DNA of 64,000 bases, from NCBI GenBank assembly GCA_013239625.1, contig MU053810.1, positions 6,296,122-6,360,121 on the forward strand, given 5' to 3'. Position numbers and translations under genes: made by a program. Origin of the DNA: Lama guanicoe. Its lineage: Eukaryota. Within the stretch, counting starts at the first letter, position 1. The number at the start of each line of letters is the position of its first letter. The notes under the pieces are model-generated. The model did no database searches. It saw only the letters and a list, made by a program, of their open reading frames with translations, and was not told the DNA's origin. This document shows positions 13,459 to 26,856 of this stretch, piece after piece.

Positions 13459-13575
13459 ATCCACGTGCATCCAGATCTTGTACTTTTTGCAGATGTCGGC
13501 AACAGCTAAGAGGGGATCGAAGGCTCCATACACGGTGGTCCCAGCCGTGGCACTCACAAGGAAAGGGACAAACCC
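13459..13575 (-). CDS. GAD2: GAD2 exon 10 (117 nt): [39 protein letters not shown]
   Basis: Acceptor GCGTAG|GGG, donor GAT|GTAAGT; overlaps ORF 13345..13557. Confidence 0.98.
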
Positions 13576-14554
13576 CTACGCAAACGAGAAAGCCCCAAAT
13601 AATATAAAAGAGGCATTCAAGGAGCCTTTTTTTTATTTATTTGTAGTCTTAGAGGAGAGGATTCACTTGGGGCTAAACAATAAGCCATGACTTTTATCCC
13701 TCTAAGTTGGCTTGGTCTATCTGGCCACGGCTAGATCAAAATTGATAGACTAGGTGGCTGCTGAAAGATAGCAGAAGAATGCCTGAGATGGGATGAATAG
13801 TTACTCCATCAAGACACGAAGTAACATGATGTTACAGAGTCAGTCCTTAGAGGGCAGCAAAGGCTTAATCTTGTGGTCTACGTGACTAGAAGTCGGTCTA
13901 GTATCAGAACAAGGGGAAACCATCTTGCTGCCACTTTGTAGGGGGACAAAAAGGGACATGGAAATGAATAATTATTCCTGAAATCCTAATAATGAAACCC
14001 ATCCATTATGTCATTGAACTGTAGGTTGCATTTACTAAGCTGTGGCTTGCAGACCATCCAGGGATGCAAATGACTTTCTAGAGCTCTGTAGGAGCTTTTA
14101 GCAGGTCTTCAGGACTTGTTACTTCTTAAAGTAGGACTAAATTACTTCCTGAATAAAGAGGTGTTTGGGGAGGGCCAATCACTTCACTATGTGCCTAGGC
14201 AGGAAACACTGGCCCCTTTCAAATAACCACATGTGGCAACTCCCCACACTCTAAATTAGCTTCCCAGGATTTCCCACTTGTGAATACAATCTTTTGAATG
14301 TATCTGTTAAATGCCAATCCTCAACACACAGGAAGACAAACTGCTTTGGAAATTGTTACAATATCACTGTGTATCATATTTATTCAGTAACTTGACTCTA
14401 CCAATGCAGAGCTTAGAAAACTAAGTAATGACTGAATGCCAAATTCCATACTCTCTTTTAGAAGTAAAACAAAAACGTGTTCCCTACTGGATGGAAAGGG
14501 AAATATACACCCTCAGCTTCTTATGGGCAGATAAAGCTCCCTCCAAAAACTTAC

Positions 14555-14609
14555 TTTTTGTTTGACTTCAAGGATCCTTCTTTCAAGATCGGATGGAATC
14601 ATTTTCCCC
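14555..14609 (-). CDS. GAD2: GAD2 exon 9 (55 nt): GKMIPSDLERRILEVKQK
   Basis: Acceptor CTTTCAG|G, donor AAA|GTAAGT. Confidence 0.97.
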
Positions 14610-17600
14610 CTGAAAGGAAAAATACATTTGCTTTGAATAATTTACTTTGTTATGTTTACAAGGAGATGCAGGAGGGTAAAAGTCCAACTTTAAACCATGG
14701 ATAATAATGATCAGATAGAACAATTCCATGGTTATCTGATTTCCAGAAGGAAAGGCATCTCCTCCCTGAATGATGCCTGACTGTCATTTCTGACACGTTT
14801 AGGGGACATCGGACCACACTGTTCACGTGTCCCCCTGCTCTGATGGAGCCTGTTTTTAGGTCTTAATTCTTAATTTGTTAGAACAAACCTACTTTGGAGC
14901 AAGACGTTTGGCAATGAAAGCAAAGTTCAGATAGAGATTGAAATTCCAGATCTTACAATGAATGGACCTGCAGCATCACATAAGTGAAATGCCAGGAAGA
15001 GAAAATCCACTCTGTAACATCTGAATGAAAACATTCAGTCAAAAGCTACCTAATTACATTCCAAGGGCTAAAAGCTAAAGCAGGCCAAGAACTCTTGGGC
15101 TCAAATTTCAAACAGATAGGCAGGTATCGGAGCAAGAAACATCTTTTCGTCTCCAAAATGTTTCTTTCTTCAAATGGAAACACAGCCAGTGCCTTGATTA
15201 CTATAACCCCTACCATTATAATAATCAGAGGAGTTGATTTCTATAAGAAGCTCGATGCAGCGAGAGGTGTGAGCTTAGTCCGGCTACTTAATTTCCGTGC
15301 CTGTTATCATGATCCGTGGGACAGAGTGAGAATATTACTTAGGGAGTTATGAGGATTAAATAAGTTAATAAATGCAAAATTGTTTACAAAGAGCTCGGCA
15401 TAGAGGAGGCGTTCCATAAATGTGAGCTTTTATCATTGAGAGTGTGATTATGCACGATGACAGTCCTACCCCGAGACTCTGGGGAAAAAACCAGGCCAAG
15501 GACAGGGTAGCGACCTGGTTCTGGAGGTAGTGAACGAGTCTTTAAACTGAAATGGCTGCCTTGAGGTTGCTGGAAACGCTAAACGTTTCACATCGGTGTC
15601 GTTGATCTAGGTTTTTAAAAGGCAGCTTGGAAAAATTAATTATGGGAAGGAGGCTGTCACAATAAATGGCTGGGGATGCTCCTGGCGTTCAGGGAGCAGC
15701 ACGTGAGGTTCTGGGATTAGCTCCACGGCCTTTTGTGGTGGTCCTTGTGATTTTCAGTAGAGACAGAGCAAACAGTGGGGCTCCTTCACATCTTCTGGTG
15801 TTGTCTTGCCTACGCTTTACCTATTGAAGTATGTTATCTTATTATAAACTACTTTCCTAGTGTTTCTTCATCTTATAAAAAATAACTTGGGCATAGTGAG
15901 TAGGTAAGTTACATTTTCTACAGTTTTCATTTCAGGCTAACAGAGAAGGGATTACAAAATCGTTGGCATATAAAACTGACATTAGTCCTGCAAACACAGG
16001 GAACCACTGATTTTTGTGAAGCTGTTTTCCAAAGAAAGGCAGTTGAAGTGCAGTTACCCGGCAGTGGCAATGGACGTGTTACCGGCGATTAGTCAGCTGG
16101 GCTGGAATGGAACAAAGGGCGTTCAACGAACATTTGGTCCTGAGGGTGTGACTCATTCAGAGTAGCCCACCTCTGGGGAACTTCTGTGAGATGCGCCTCT
16201 GAAGGAGGGACAGAGGGGACAGAGGGCAGGCTGGGGGTGGGGAAAGACCTGGGGTAGGGGGCTTTCAATGCCTAGGCCCGAAGACTCACTCCGTGATCTC
16301 GGGCCCTCATGCCCACCCTACAACAGAATGATCACTGTTCTTACTTTGCAGATAAGGAAACTGAAGCTCAGAGAAGCAGATGAACATGGCTAAAAGCTTG
16401 AAACAGGAGAGAGAATAACCCGATCCTACGCTCAGTGTGTGTACTTGAAGAATTAAGTTCTCCCCTTTACTCATTTATAAAATGCTGCTGAAGAGTACCT
16501 CCCTCACCAGGTTTACACAAGGATTGAAGGATATGGTAAATACAAAACACTATAAATCACCAACTATGAAACTGCTTAGCACACAGTAACCACTCAATAC
16601 ATGTTAGACAGTCTTGTCATTGTTATAACCGGAAGTAGAACTAGCATTGTGTGACCTGCGGGATGTCACACAGCTGGTGGTGTCAGGCTTCAAACTTACA
16701 GCTACGAATATATGTTTAGAGAACATATGACATCAGAACCCAGATTCTCAGGGTTGCATGGTAAATGTCTTCCGAAGCATTTATGGGGTTTAAACAAAAC
16801 GCCAATTGCCTCAACGTAACGAGAAATCTTTCAGGTTAAGTCCTAGAATCGTAGTGATGTAGGTAATATTTCCACTATGGTTTTTCAGAAGCCCCCTGGG
16901 TTGAGCATCTCTGTGATCCTAATTCTTATTGCTGCCAATAGCACTGATTAGTAAAGAAAGAAAAACATGGAACCCACTGCTAAATCGTATCGCTCTGTCA
17001 TCCTTAGATGGTCCTGTTCTCTCTAGTGTAGCCCCCAAAGGGTACAGGAGTAACAGAAAGCTGCTACTTTTTTGTTTTTTGTTTTTTAACTAGTCAGGGC
17101 TAAACAAAACTATTTCTTTAACATTGGTTGTAATATGGATTTGGCAAGGGGAATTCAAGGACTGAAGTGAATTTGCAAATTGCTTGGACTGTGTGGTGAC
17201 GGGACAATTGGCATGGATTGACTTGAAGCAAAAAAAAAAAAAGAAAAAAAGAAACATCACAGGAATTATTAGAGCAGCAGTCAACCTACCTGAGGACCAC
17301 CTTGAGGAAAAGAGCTGCATGTGTCTCCACATGGCTGCTGCCATGTGGGTAACTTATCCTAGGAAAGGCCCATGAGATAAACTGATAAAACAGCAGTCAA
17401 CACAGATCATTCAGGAAGTACTGGTATTACAAAACCAAGCCCTTTGCAAAGAGAAAAATTTGACCATAATTATAAACAGTGAACTTCCTTGGTCCCTTTA
17501 ACATATAGTTTTGATTCAGGAAAAGAATTTTAACTATAATAATGAACTGTATTTTTTCTCCTTTAAGATTTGTTTTCCAGTATGCACAATGGGATCCCTT

Positions 17601-17697
17601 GGCAGTACAGTCAGGATACGGGAGCAGGATATTTTTGATGAGTTTGTGTCTAATTCTAGTAATTAAAAAATTTTTACATTCTCCAAAAGCATTGGCT

Positions 17698-17700
<3 letters not shown>

Positions 17701-17754
<54 letters not shown>
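17701..17754. repeat. (AC)27 microsatellite; (UG)27 in the GAD2 pre-mRNA
   Basis: Perfect dinucleotide run. Confidence 0.99.
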
Positions 17755-17758
<4 letters not shown>

Positions 17759-17839
17759 TCTAGTGATGGGCAATTGAGGACTTTACCCATGATGGAGTAA
17801 AGAGTTTCCTAAGAATGGAGAAGACTTTCTAAAGACACT

Positions 17840-18660
17840 AAAGGTGGAACATGTCTATAAATACCACAAATAAAATATAAAAGCAGGTATACATTTTGGA
17901 AATATTTACAACATATGTGACAAAAAGCGTTTTGTTTCTTTTCAACTATAAATAACCGATAAGCATAAAATGCCCAACTCTGCAAATTATCAAAAATGCA
18001 AATGAAAACATCAGTAATAAAAAGGGGTTCTGTTCATCAAATTGATCCAGATCACTTAAGGTTTTAATTCTTAAGATTGATGAGGACATAATGAATAGTC
18101 ACCCCTGTACATTGATTGGAGGAGGTATAAATTAGTTTGTTCCTTTCTGAAGGGCAACATGCCAACAAGTATCGTAACTCTTCATTTAGGCACAGTCCTA
18201 GGCTCAGAAATTCTATTTCTAGGAATTTATCCTAAGAAAATAATACATGTGCAAATATTTAGTCTCAATAATGTTTATAATTGTTTATAAACTTTTTATT
18301 TTTCATTTATTTATTTTTATAATTGTTTTTTTAAATAGTGAAAATTTAAAGTAACTTAAATGTCCAATAACAGGAGATTTGTTAACTAATATAAATTCTA
18401 AATAATAGATTATTAAGTAGTGACTGAGAATTATACTGGAGAATTTCTACTGACATGAAAATCATCCATAATATTTTACTATGTAAAAAATAAAATTTTA
18501 ATCAATAACTTTTTAATTTAAATATACAAATGTATTCAGAACTATATGCATCAAAGTATTATGAGAGATATGTTTAGGTCCTCCTATTTTCTTATTTTCG
18601 TACAGTGAATATGTTCTGCTTCTGGAATAAGAAAAAACATTGTATTTGTTTTTTAAAAAG
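17840..18660 (+). mobile_element. Ancient L1 (L1ME-like) 3' fragment
   Basis: Motifs AATTCTATTTCTAGGAATTTATCCTAAGAAAATAAT and AACTTAAATGTCCAATAACAGGAGA. Confidence 0.6.
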
Positions 18661-21600
18661 GAAGAGGCTGGCTCTCATAGGCATCTCTCATCTGTGTGGC
18701 TCGCTGTTGTCCATGACAGTGTACGCTAATAAACTCCTTTCTAGTCTCTAAAAAAAATGGAAGGGATGCTATCCCTTACCTAACACCACATATAAAAACC
18801 CCAAATAGATCAGAGACCTAAATGTAACAGCTAAAACTATAAAATTCTTAAAAGAAAACATAAGACAAAAGATTCATGACATTGGGTTTGGTAATAGATA
18901 GTTTCATGGATATGACACCAAAAGCACCAACCAACAAAGGTGAAAATAGACAAATTGGACCTCATGAAAATTAAAGACTTTTGTGAATGAAAAGACACTG
19001 TCAATAGAGTAAAACGGCAAACCACAAAATGGGAGAAAATATTTGCAAATCATGTATCTGAGAAAAGGATGAATATTTAGAATATAGAGAAAACTACTCA
19101 ATCTCAAAAATAAAAACAACCAAAACAATCAATTCAAAATGACCAAACAGATCTAAGAGACACACAAATAACAGGCCATCCAACGGCAGCAGAATAAAGA
19201 TTCTGCTTAAGCGCATCTGGACACTCTCCAGAATAATGTTAGGCCATAAAACAAGTCAAAATTTGAGAAGATTGGAATCATATTAAGTATCTTTGTAACT
19301 GAAATTGTGTGAAACTAGAAATCAATAACAGGAAGAAAATTGGAAAAATTATAAACATGTGGAAATTAAATAACTCAGGCTTGCACAACCAATGACTCAA
19401 AGGAGAAGTCAAAAACTACCTTCAAACAAATGAAAATGGAAACACAATGTAGCAAAACTTACGAGGTGTAGCAAAGCAGTTCTAAGAGGGACGTTTATGG
19501 TGGCAAATATCTACATTGAGAAAAACAAAAGATCTCAAATAAGTAACCTACTTTTATATCTCAAGGAACTAGAAAAAGAAGAGCACATTAAGCCCCAGAG
19601 GTAACAGAAGGAAGGAAATAACAAAGATATCAGAGCAGAAATAAATGAACAGAGACTAGAAACACAGTAGGAAAGATCAACAAAACTGAAAGTTGGCTTT
19701 TTGAAAAGATACACAAACCGACAAACCTTTAGCTAGACTAAATAAGAAAAAAGGAGGGAGGACTCAAATAAATAAAATCATAAATGAAAAAGGAGACAAC
19801 TGATACCACAGAAATACAAAGGGTCATAAGAGATTACCAGGGAAAATTATACACCAACAAATAGGATAATGTAGGAAAAAAAGGATAAATTCTGAGAAAC
19901 ATACAACCCACCAAGACTGAGTGATGAATAAATAGAATTTTTGGATAAGCCAATAACGAGTAAACAGATTGAAGCAGTAATCAAAAACCTCCAATAAAGA
20001 AAAGCCCAGGATTAGATGACTTCGCAGGTAAATTCTACCAAACATTTAAAGAAGAATTAATGCTGATGCTTCTCAGACTCTCCCAAAAAATTCGAGAGGA
20101 GGGACACTTCCACGTTCATTTTATTAAGTTAGCATTATCTTCATACAAAAAGCCAGATAAGGACACTACAAGCAAAGAAAACTGCAGACCAATATTCCTA
20201 AAGAACATAGGTACAAAAATCCTTGCAAAATACTAGCAAATGAAATTCAACAATTCATTACAATGTTTTTTCACAATGATAAATGTGGTTTATCCCTGGG
20301 TTGCGAGGATGGTTCAACATCTGCAAATCAATCAATGTGACAGCACCACATTAACAGAATGAAAAATTAAAAAAATATAAACATCATATAATCATCTCAA
20401 TAGATACAGGAAAGGCACTTGACAAAATTCAACATCGTTTCATGATAGAAAACCTCAACAAATGGTATAGAGGCAGAGTACCTCAACATAATAAAGACCA
20501 TGTCCACAATTAACATACTCAGGGTGAAAAGTTGAAAGATTTTCCTCTAAGATCAGTATCAAGGCAAGAATGACCATTCTTACCATTTCTGTTCAACATA
20601 GTACTGGAAGTCCTAGCTAGAGCAATTAGGAAAAAAGAAAAAAAAAAAGATGGGGGTAGGATATCCAAATTAGAAAGGAAGAAGTTCAGTTTTCTCCATT
20701 TGCAGATGACATGATCTTGTATGTAGAAAAACCCTAAAGACTACCTAAAAAAACTGTTTAAACCAATTTAAAAATTCAGTAAAGTTGCAGAATACAAAAT
20801 CAACCTACAAAAATCAATTCCATTTGCAATAGCATCAAAAAGAATAAAATACTTAGGAATAAATTTAACCAAGGAGATGAAAGATATGTACACTGAAAAC
20901 TATAAGACATTGATGGAAGAAGACAAATAGAAAAATATGCCATGTGCATGGATTGGGAAAGTTAATATTGGCAATTCCTATCAAAATTCCAATGGCATTT
21001 TTCACAGAAACAGAAAAAAACTCTCCTAAGATTAGTATGGAACCATAACAGAACCCAAATAGCCAAAGCAATTTAGAGAAAGAGAACAAAGCTGGAGACA
21101 TCACCCTTCCTGATTTCAAACTGTATTACAAAGCTACAGTAATCAAAGCAGAATGGTACTGACATAAAAACAGACAAATAGACCAATGGAACATAATAGA
21201 GGGCCCAGGAGTAAATCCACACATGTATAGTCAAGTAATCTTTGACAAAGACACCAAAAATACACAAAGGCCAGGGGTTGGGGGGGTTGGAAAGACAAGT
21301 CTCTTCAATAAATGGTGTTGGGAAAACTGGATAGTCACAAGCAAAAGAATGACACTGGATCACTACCTTACACAATACACAAAAGTTAACACAAAATGGA
21401 TTAAAGACTTACACATATGACCTGAAACCACAAAACCCCTTGAAGAAAACATAGGCAATAAACTCCTTGATTTGGGTCTTGACAGTGATTTCTTTGACTT
21501 GACACCAAAAGCAGACAACAAAAGCCAAAATTAACAAATGAGACTACATCAAGCTAAAAAGTTCTGCGTATCAAAAGAAACAACAAAGTGAAAATGCAAC

Positions 21601-21767
21601 TTATAACAGAAAATTATTTGTAAACCTTATATCTGATAAAGGGTTACTATCCAAAATATGTACAGAACTCCTACAAGTCAATAGCAGAAACCAAATAACC
21701 CAATTAAAGAATAGGCAAAGGACCTGAATAGACATATTTCCAAAGAAGACATACAGAAGACTAACAG

Positions 21768-21900
21768 CTAGGGAGGGTATAGTTCAGTGGTAGAACGCAT
21801 GCCTAACATGCACAAGGTCCTGGGTTCAATCCCCAGTACATCCATTAAAAATAAGTAAACTGAATTACCCACCCCCCAACATAAATATATAAAAAGACAA
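21768..21900 (+). mobile_element. tRNA-Ala-derived SINE inserted in an L1
   Basis: GGGAGGGTATAGTTCAGTGGTAGA...GGTTCAATCCCCAGTAC; TSD AAGACTAACAG at 21757-21767 and 21901-21911. Confidence 0.92.
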
Positions 21901-22202
21901 AAGACTAACAGGTATATGGAAAAGTGCTCAACAGCACTAATCACCAGGGAAGTACAAAGCAAAACCACAATCAGGCATCACCTCACACCTCTTAGGATGG
22001 CTATTATCAAAAAGACAAGGGAAAAACAAATGCTGGTAAGAGCGTAGAGAAAAGGGAAACCCTTATAGATCGGGGAGAATGTAAATCGATACAGCCAGAA
22101 TGGAAAACAGCATAGATGGAGGTTCCTCAAAAATTAAAACAGAAGTACTATGTGATCCAAGAATCCCACCCCTTGGTAATTATCCAAAGGAAATGAAATC
22201 AG

Positions 22203-22338
22203 GGAGGGTGTATTTCAGTGGTTAGAGTACATGCTTGGCATGCATGAGGTCCTGGGTTCAATCCCCAGTACCTCCATTAAAAAGTAACTTAATAAATAAA
22301 TAAATCTAATTACCTCCCCCTCCGAAAAGAAAAACACA
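22203..22338 (+). mobile_element. tRNA-Ala-derived SINE inserted in an L1
   Basis: Same family; direct repeat CAAAGGAAATGAAATCAG at 22185-22202 and 22339-22356. Confidence 0.92.
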
Positions 22339-23759
22339 CAAAGGAAATGAAATCAGTATTTCAAAGAGCTATCTGTACTCCCGTGTAATTCCAGCATTAT
22401 TCATAACGGACAAGATTAGGAAACAAACTCAAGTGTCCATCAACATGAACTGAGTCATAATTCAGCCATAAAAAAGAAGGAAATTCTGACATTAGCTGCA
22501 ACATGATGAACCTCGAGGACATTATGCTAAGTGAAACAAGTCAGTCACAAAAACACACGCAAAAAAGAGTGAGGTACCGAAAATAGTAAAATTCACAGAG
22601 ACAAAGCAGAACGGCAGTTACCACGGCTGGAGGAAGGGGAGGGGGAGTTTTTGTTTAATGGGTATAGAGGGTTTAGAGGGTACAGAGGAGGAGACGAAAA
22701 GAGTTTTGGAGATGGATAACACAGCAACATGCATGTACTTCATATCTCTGAACTGTACACTTTAAGAAACGGTTAAGAGGGTACATTTTATATGTATTTT
22801 ACCACAGTTTAAAAAAACTGGAAAAAGCAAAAAAAAGAAAGGACCCTATTTAGCTGGTGAACACTCGGAGTTCTCTTCTGAGTCCAAGCCCTGAACTTTC
22901 ACTTCCCCGCGATGTGACCTCGGACCTGTCACACCCCGCCAGGACCATGAGTCAGATGGCGAAAAGGGAACTTATCATACTGTTTAGGACTATTGCACGG
23001 ATAGAAACTCTTTATGAGCCACATCAGCGCCATGCTTGGCACATATTAAACACTCAATACGTGTCAGTTATTATTATTTTATAATCCTTCCTGATGGAGG
23101 ACAAAATGCAACGGACACCACTAACACCTCTGAATTCTCTGCATCTTAAATTCACAGGCGATCTGACACTCTGAGGGCTCACCATAGCCCTGCTCAATAA
23201 TTGATTCAGGATCTCTGTGAAGTGTACCCTGTAACAGTGCACTCAGTAGCTCACTGACCACCTGGAAGAGTTAATTAGCTTCCCTAACCTCCTTCAGGCA
23301 CTGGCCACAATTCAGTTAATTTAATAAAAGAGTATAATGACCCCAGATTATTTATACTTTCAGTTGTTTGAATCAATCGTATGCTGAAGTATGGTACTTA
23401 ACAAGCATGGTGAAATACACTCTAACTGTAACTGATAAAGCTAAGTGGTATGTTGCAAGAACAAAAATGTATACAAAAGCGCAAGTAGTTAATTTGTGTG
23501 GTATCACAGTATTAATCAAAATAGCTAACAGAATTCCTGTGTTACAAGGGAGCTTGGGAGGCCGGTGACTCTTCTAGGCCTGTGCCAACCAGGTATCATG
23601 TATCTTAGTCAGGCTCATTTTCCGTAAGGTTTAACAGCAATTTCCTAGTAATTTAGGTAAGTTAAAAGGACCCTAAAGGGAGGAGGAGGCGATGGAGAAA
23701 TCAAAGAGAGTGGAAGGGAGTGCTGGGGAGAATTAATTTCTAAAAGCACCTGTAAATCC

Positions 23760-24745
23760 ATACTGATAACAAATAGGGGGAGAGAAAGAGAGACGGAAAG
23801 GGGAAGCTCTTATTTATAGTAGAATAAAAGAAACTAGTAAACTTAGAAGAGATGATGCGTTAGAAAATCACTCTTTTGCAATCAGCATAATAATAATTGA
23901 GGCAGGAGTCATCAGCGGATACTAAACTAGTGCCTGAATATTTACAAAGTCTCAAAGAATCCCCTGGAGATATTTATTAACTGCAGGGTAGAGAATTGTC
24001 ATTTTGCAGTGGAGAAACCTGGCAGACACCACCTTAACCAAACGGTCAGAGCGGACATTATTCCTGATAAGATGCACCAGAGAAAGACAAGCATCTCCCT
24101 GGAATCCTGCTCCCCCAAGCATCGCCTGAATCTAATCATGGGGAAATGCCAGACAAACCCAAACGAAGGCGCAAAATAAATGGTCTACACTGTTCAAAAT
24201 GTTAATGTTGTGGAAAACAAAGGAAGGATGATGACATGTTCCAGATTAAAGGAGACTAAAAAGATGTGACAACTGAATGTAATCTGTGATCTCGGTCTAG
24301 AGGGAAAAAAATAGCTCTAAAGGATAAGTGTTGGGACAACTGATGAAATTTGAATCAGGTGTATAGAGTACATAAAAGTCTTGTGTAAATGTCAAATTTC
24401 CTGATTTTCATCACTGGGCAGTGATCATGTAACTGAATATCCTTGTATCAAAAAATACACATTGAAGTATTAAGTGGTAAAGGGGCATGATGTCTGTAAG
24501 GAATTCTCAAATGGTTCAGGAAAAATTATGTCTATGATATGCATATAATTTATATATGTAATATTATAATATTATTACATTAAATATGTAATATTGAATT
24601 ATATATGTGGAGAGAAAGAGACTGATAAAGCAAATATGCTGGAATGATGATAGTTGGTGAACTTGGGTTTTGGGTGTGTGTGTTTTTACCATCCTTGCAA
24701 ATTTTCTTTAAGTTTGGAGTTATTCACAAAAATACAAAGTTAAAA
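23760..24745 (+). mobile_element. Old L1 3' end (L1MC-like)
   Basis: GTGGAGAAACCTGGCAGACACCACCTTAACCAA, CTGAATCTAATCATG and CCAGATTAAAGGAGACTAAAAGATGTGACAACT motifs. Confidence 0.75.
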
Positions 24746-25149
24746 GAGAAAAGGCTGGATGAGTTAACGTCTGAGGACCTTTCCAACTCTGAGCGTTTCC
24801 GAACTGAAACCCATTAACAGCTTGTCAGCGGAGTGTAAGCCCAGACCAGTGCTCCCGCGTCCCCAGCCCTCTCTGAAGCACCCCCTGCCCTTCCACCCCA
24901 CCTTGTTTTCTTCCCCTCTGTCTCCTTCCAATTGTTTAATGTAAGATGTGAGCTCTTCAGACAAAGCTCCTACACAATTTTAGCCAAAAGGATAAGGAAC
25001 TCATGGAGGAAATTAAACCTCGGCTTCTTTATCCCTTCTTTTCCCCCCATATACTTCACATTTCCTCTCTAGGACGTCCTTCCTGCCACTTAAATAGGCT
25101 GCTCCTTAAAACAACCAAACCGTCCTGGACTCAGTGTCTTCTCCATCCA

Positions 25150-25930
25150 GCTACTGCCCCACTTCCTCCACTTCACAGCTCAGCCTCTGGAAACGTCTCG
25201 AATTGTTCTGTTTCCTCCTCTCCTGCTCACCTTCAGCCTGCTGCCCTCATCCTTCTGTTGAAACTTCTCTTGCCAAACTCATCAGCCACCTCCTTGCAGG
25301 GAAAGCTGAGGGGCAGTTGGTGACCCTCCATGCATCTCATCTGACGCTATTAACTGCTCCTTCTAGAAACGCTCTCATGGCCCTCGTGGCCCTGGGTCCT
25401 GATTCTCCTCCAACAACCCTGGCTGCTCCTTCTCAGCCCCCACTGCAGGCTCCTCTGACTCTTCATGTCCCTGAAGTGTGCATGCTCCTGAGTTCTTTCC
25501 TAGGCCCCCTCTCCATGGGTCCCTTTGTCTACCTTCTGATCTCCAGGCTAATATTTTCAGTTGCCTACCTGACACCCTCACTTGGACATATAAGGTCTTC
25601 AAACTCAGCTTCTCCAAATCTGAACTCTCCACCTGGGTGGAGCTTCTGATCTCAGAGAGGAGCGCCACATGGACTTAGCTGGCGAGCCAGAGCCTGCCGT
25701 TCCCCCTTGACTCCTCTCTCAGTCTGCACACCAGTCAGTCAGTAACTCCCATTAATTCCAGCACTTCATCGCCACCGCTGTGCATCAGGTCAGCCCCCGT
25801 CCTTCCGATGCTCCTATGTCTCCCCACCCAGATCATGCATTCGGGGGCTGGGATTCTGCCTTGTGCTTTGCTAGTGACACGGTGGGTGATCATATATGTC
25901 TGTCTAATAGATTCATGTGAATAAATAAAT
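25150..25930 (+). mobile_element. L2 LINE fragment
   Basis: Pyrimidine-rich L2 body (...TTGCCTACCTGACACCCTCACTTGGACAT...CAAACTCAGC...AAATCTGAACTC); ends in TGAATAAATAAATG. Confidence 0.7.
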
Positions 25931-26542
25931 GGTGACTTGAGTGGCTTCTTTTTAATTTATTGAAATTTCTTATTCAATCCTTTGAAGACTAAATTTAATT
26001 TCTTATATTTTCACCTCTGCTCCACCTTTTTCCAGAGTACCTATGAAGTTTGGGTGCCACTTAAGACAGGCACAAAGCTCCCCTAAGAAAGCTCTTTGGC
26101 TCAGGCACAATGCCGATGAGTTGCTGGGGAAATTATTTACCACCTGCTCACTAAACTGTCCCCCTCCTGTCATCGCTCCATCAAGTTCACGCCATCTATG
26201 GCACCTGGAGTGATGACACTGCTATAAATCAGTGCTCAACCTGCTGGTTGTTGCTTAAGTGCCCAAGTGATGGACGTCCTTCTGCACCTTCTTGGTGCAG
26301 AATATTTTGATTGATTTAACAAAGGTTCTGATTCAGTCAAAGGTTGTGAATGCCTCTGTGGCATTGAGGAACAAGGTCCTAGGACTCCAAGCTAGAGCCC
26401 ATGTGAAAAAGAAGTAGTGAATGCCAACAGCTGGGAGGGAGGCAGGTTGCCTGCTCCACATCATTGCCAGTTTTCAGACTTAAAGGTGTATGTGTACAAC
26501 TTGCACATTGCTCACCAACAAGGGTTGCAACTTCACGCTCAC

Positions 26543-26622
26543 CTTTCATCACATTTAATCAGAATCACGCTGTCTGTTCCAATGCCCAAGGCTGCAGCTC
26601 CCTTCTTGAGGGAAAAATGACT
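26543..26622 (-). CDS. GAD2: GAD2 exon 8 (80 nt): [27 protein letters not shown]
   Basis: Acceptor T10-CCAG|AGT, donor AG|GTGAGC. Confidence 0.98.
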
Positions 26623-26698
26623 CTGGAAAAAAAAAAGTATATTTGTAATTAGTTGCATATAAAGTCAAGATCCACTCCTTTGGCCGCTTTTTCCTTTT

Positions 26699-26699
26699 C

Positions 26700-26743
<44 letters not shown>

Positions 26744-26856
26744 GGGGTAGGTAATTAGGTTTACTTGTTCAGTTTTGAAGGAGGTACTGGGGATTGAACC
26801 CAGGACTTTGTGTATGTTAAGCATGTGCTCTACCATTTGAGCTATGTACTCCCCTC
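26699..26856 (-). mobile_element. tRNA-Ala-derived SINE with a (TAAA)n tail, about 75 nt upstream of the GAD2 exon 8 acceptor
   Basis: GGAGGTACTGGGGATTGAACCCAGGAC on plus; (TTTA)n at 26701-26741; TSD TTTCCTTTT at 26690-26698 and 26857-26865. Confidence 0.9.

Larger units (their letters stand above)
18770..22840 (+). mobile_element. Composite of decayed L1 elements (ORF2 fragments and an L1MA/MB-like 3' UTR), antisense to GAD2
   Basis: A-rich ORF2 remnants with RT motif FADDMILY near 20699-20722; SLFNKWCWENW in ORF 21223..21420; many stops and frameshifts; A-rich end near 22810-22840. Confidence 0.93.

Noticed and set aside
19200..22430. Reverse-transcriptase-like coding sequence (FADD motif)
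   Set aside because: Dead L1 ORF2 with stops, frameshifts, internal deletions and SINE insertions; not a domesticated gene
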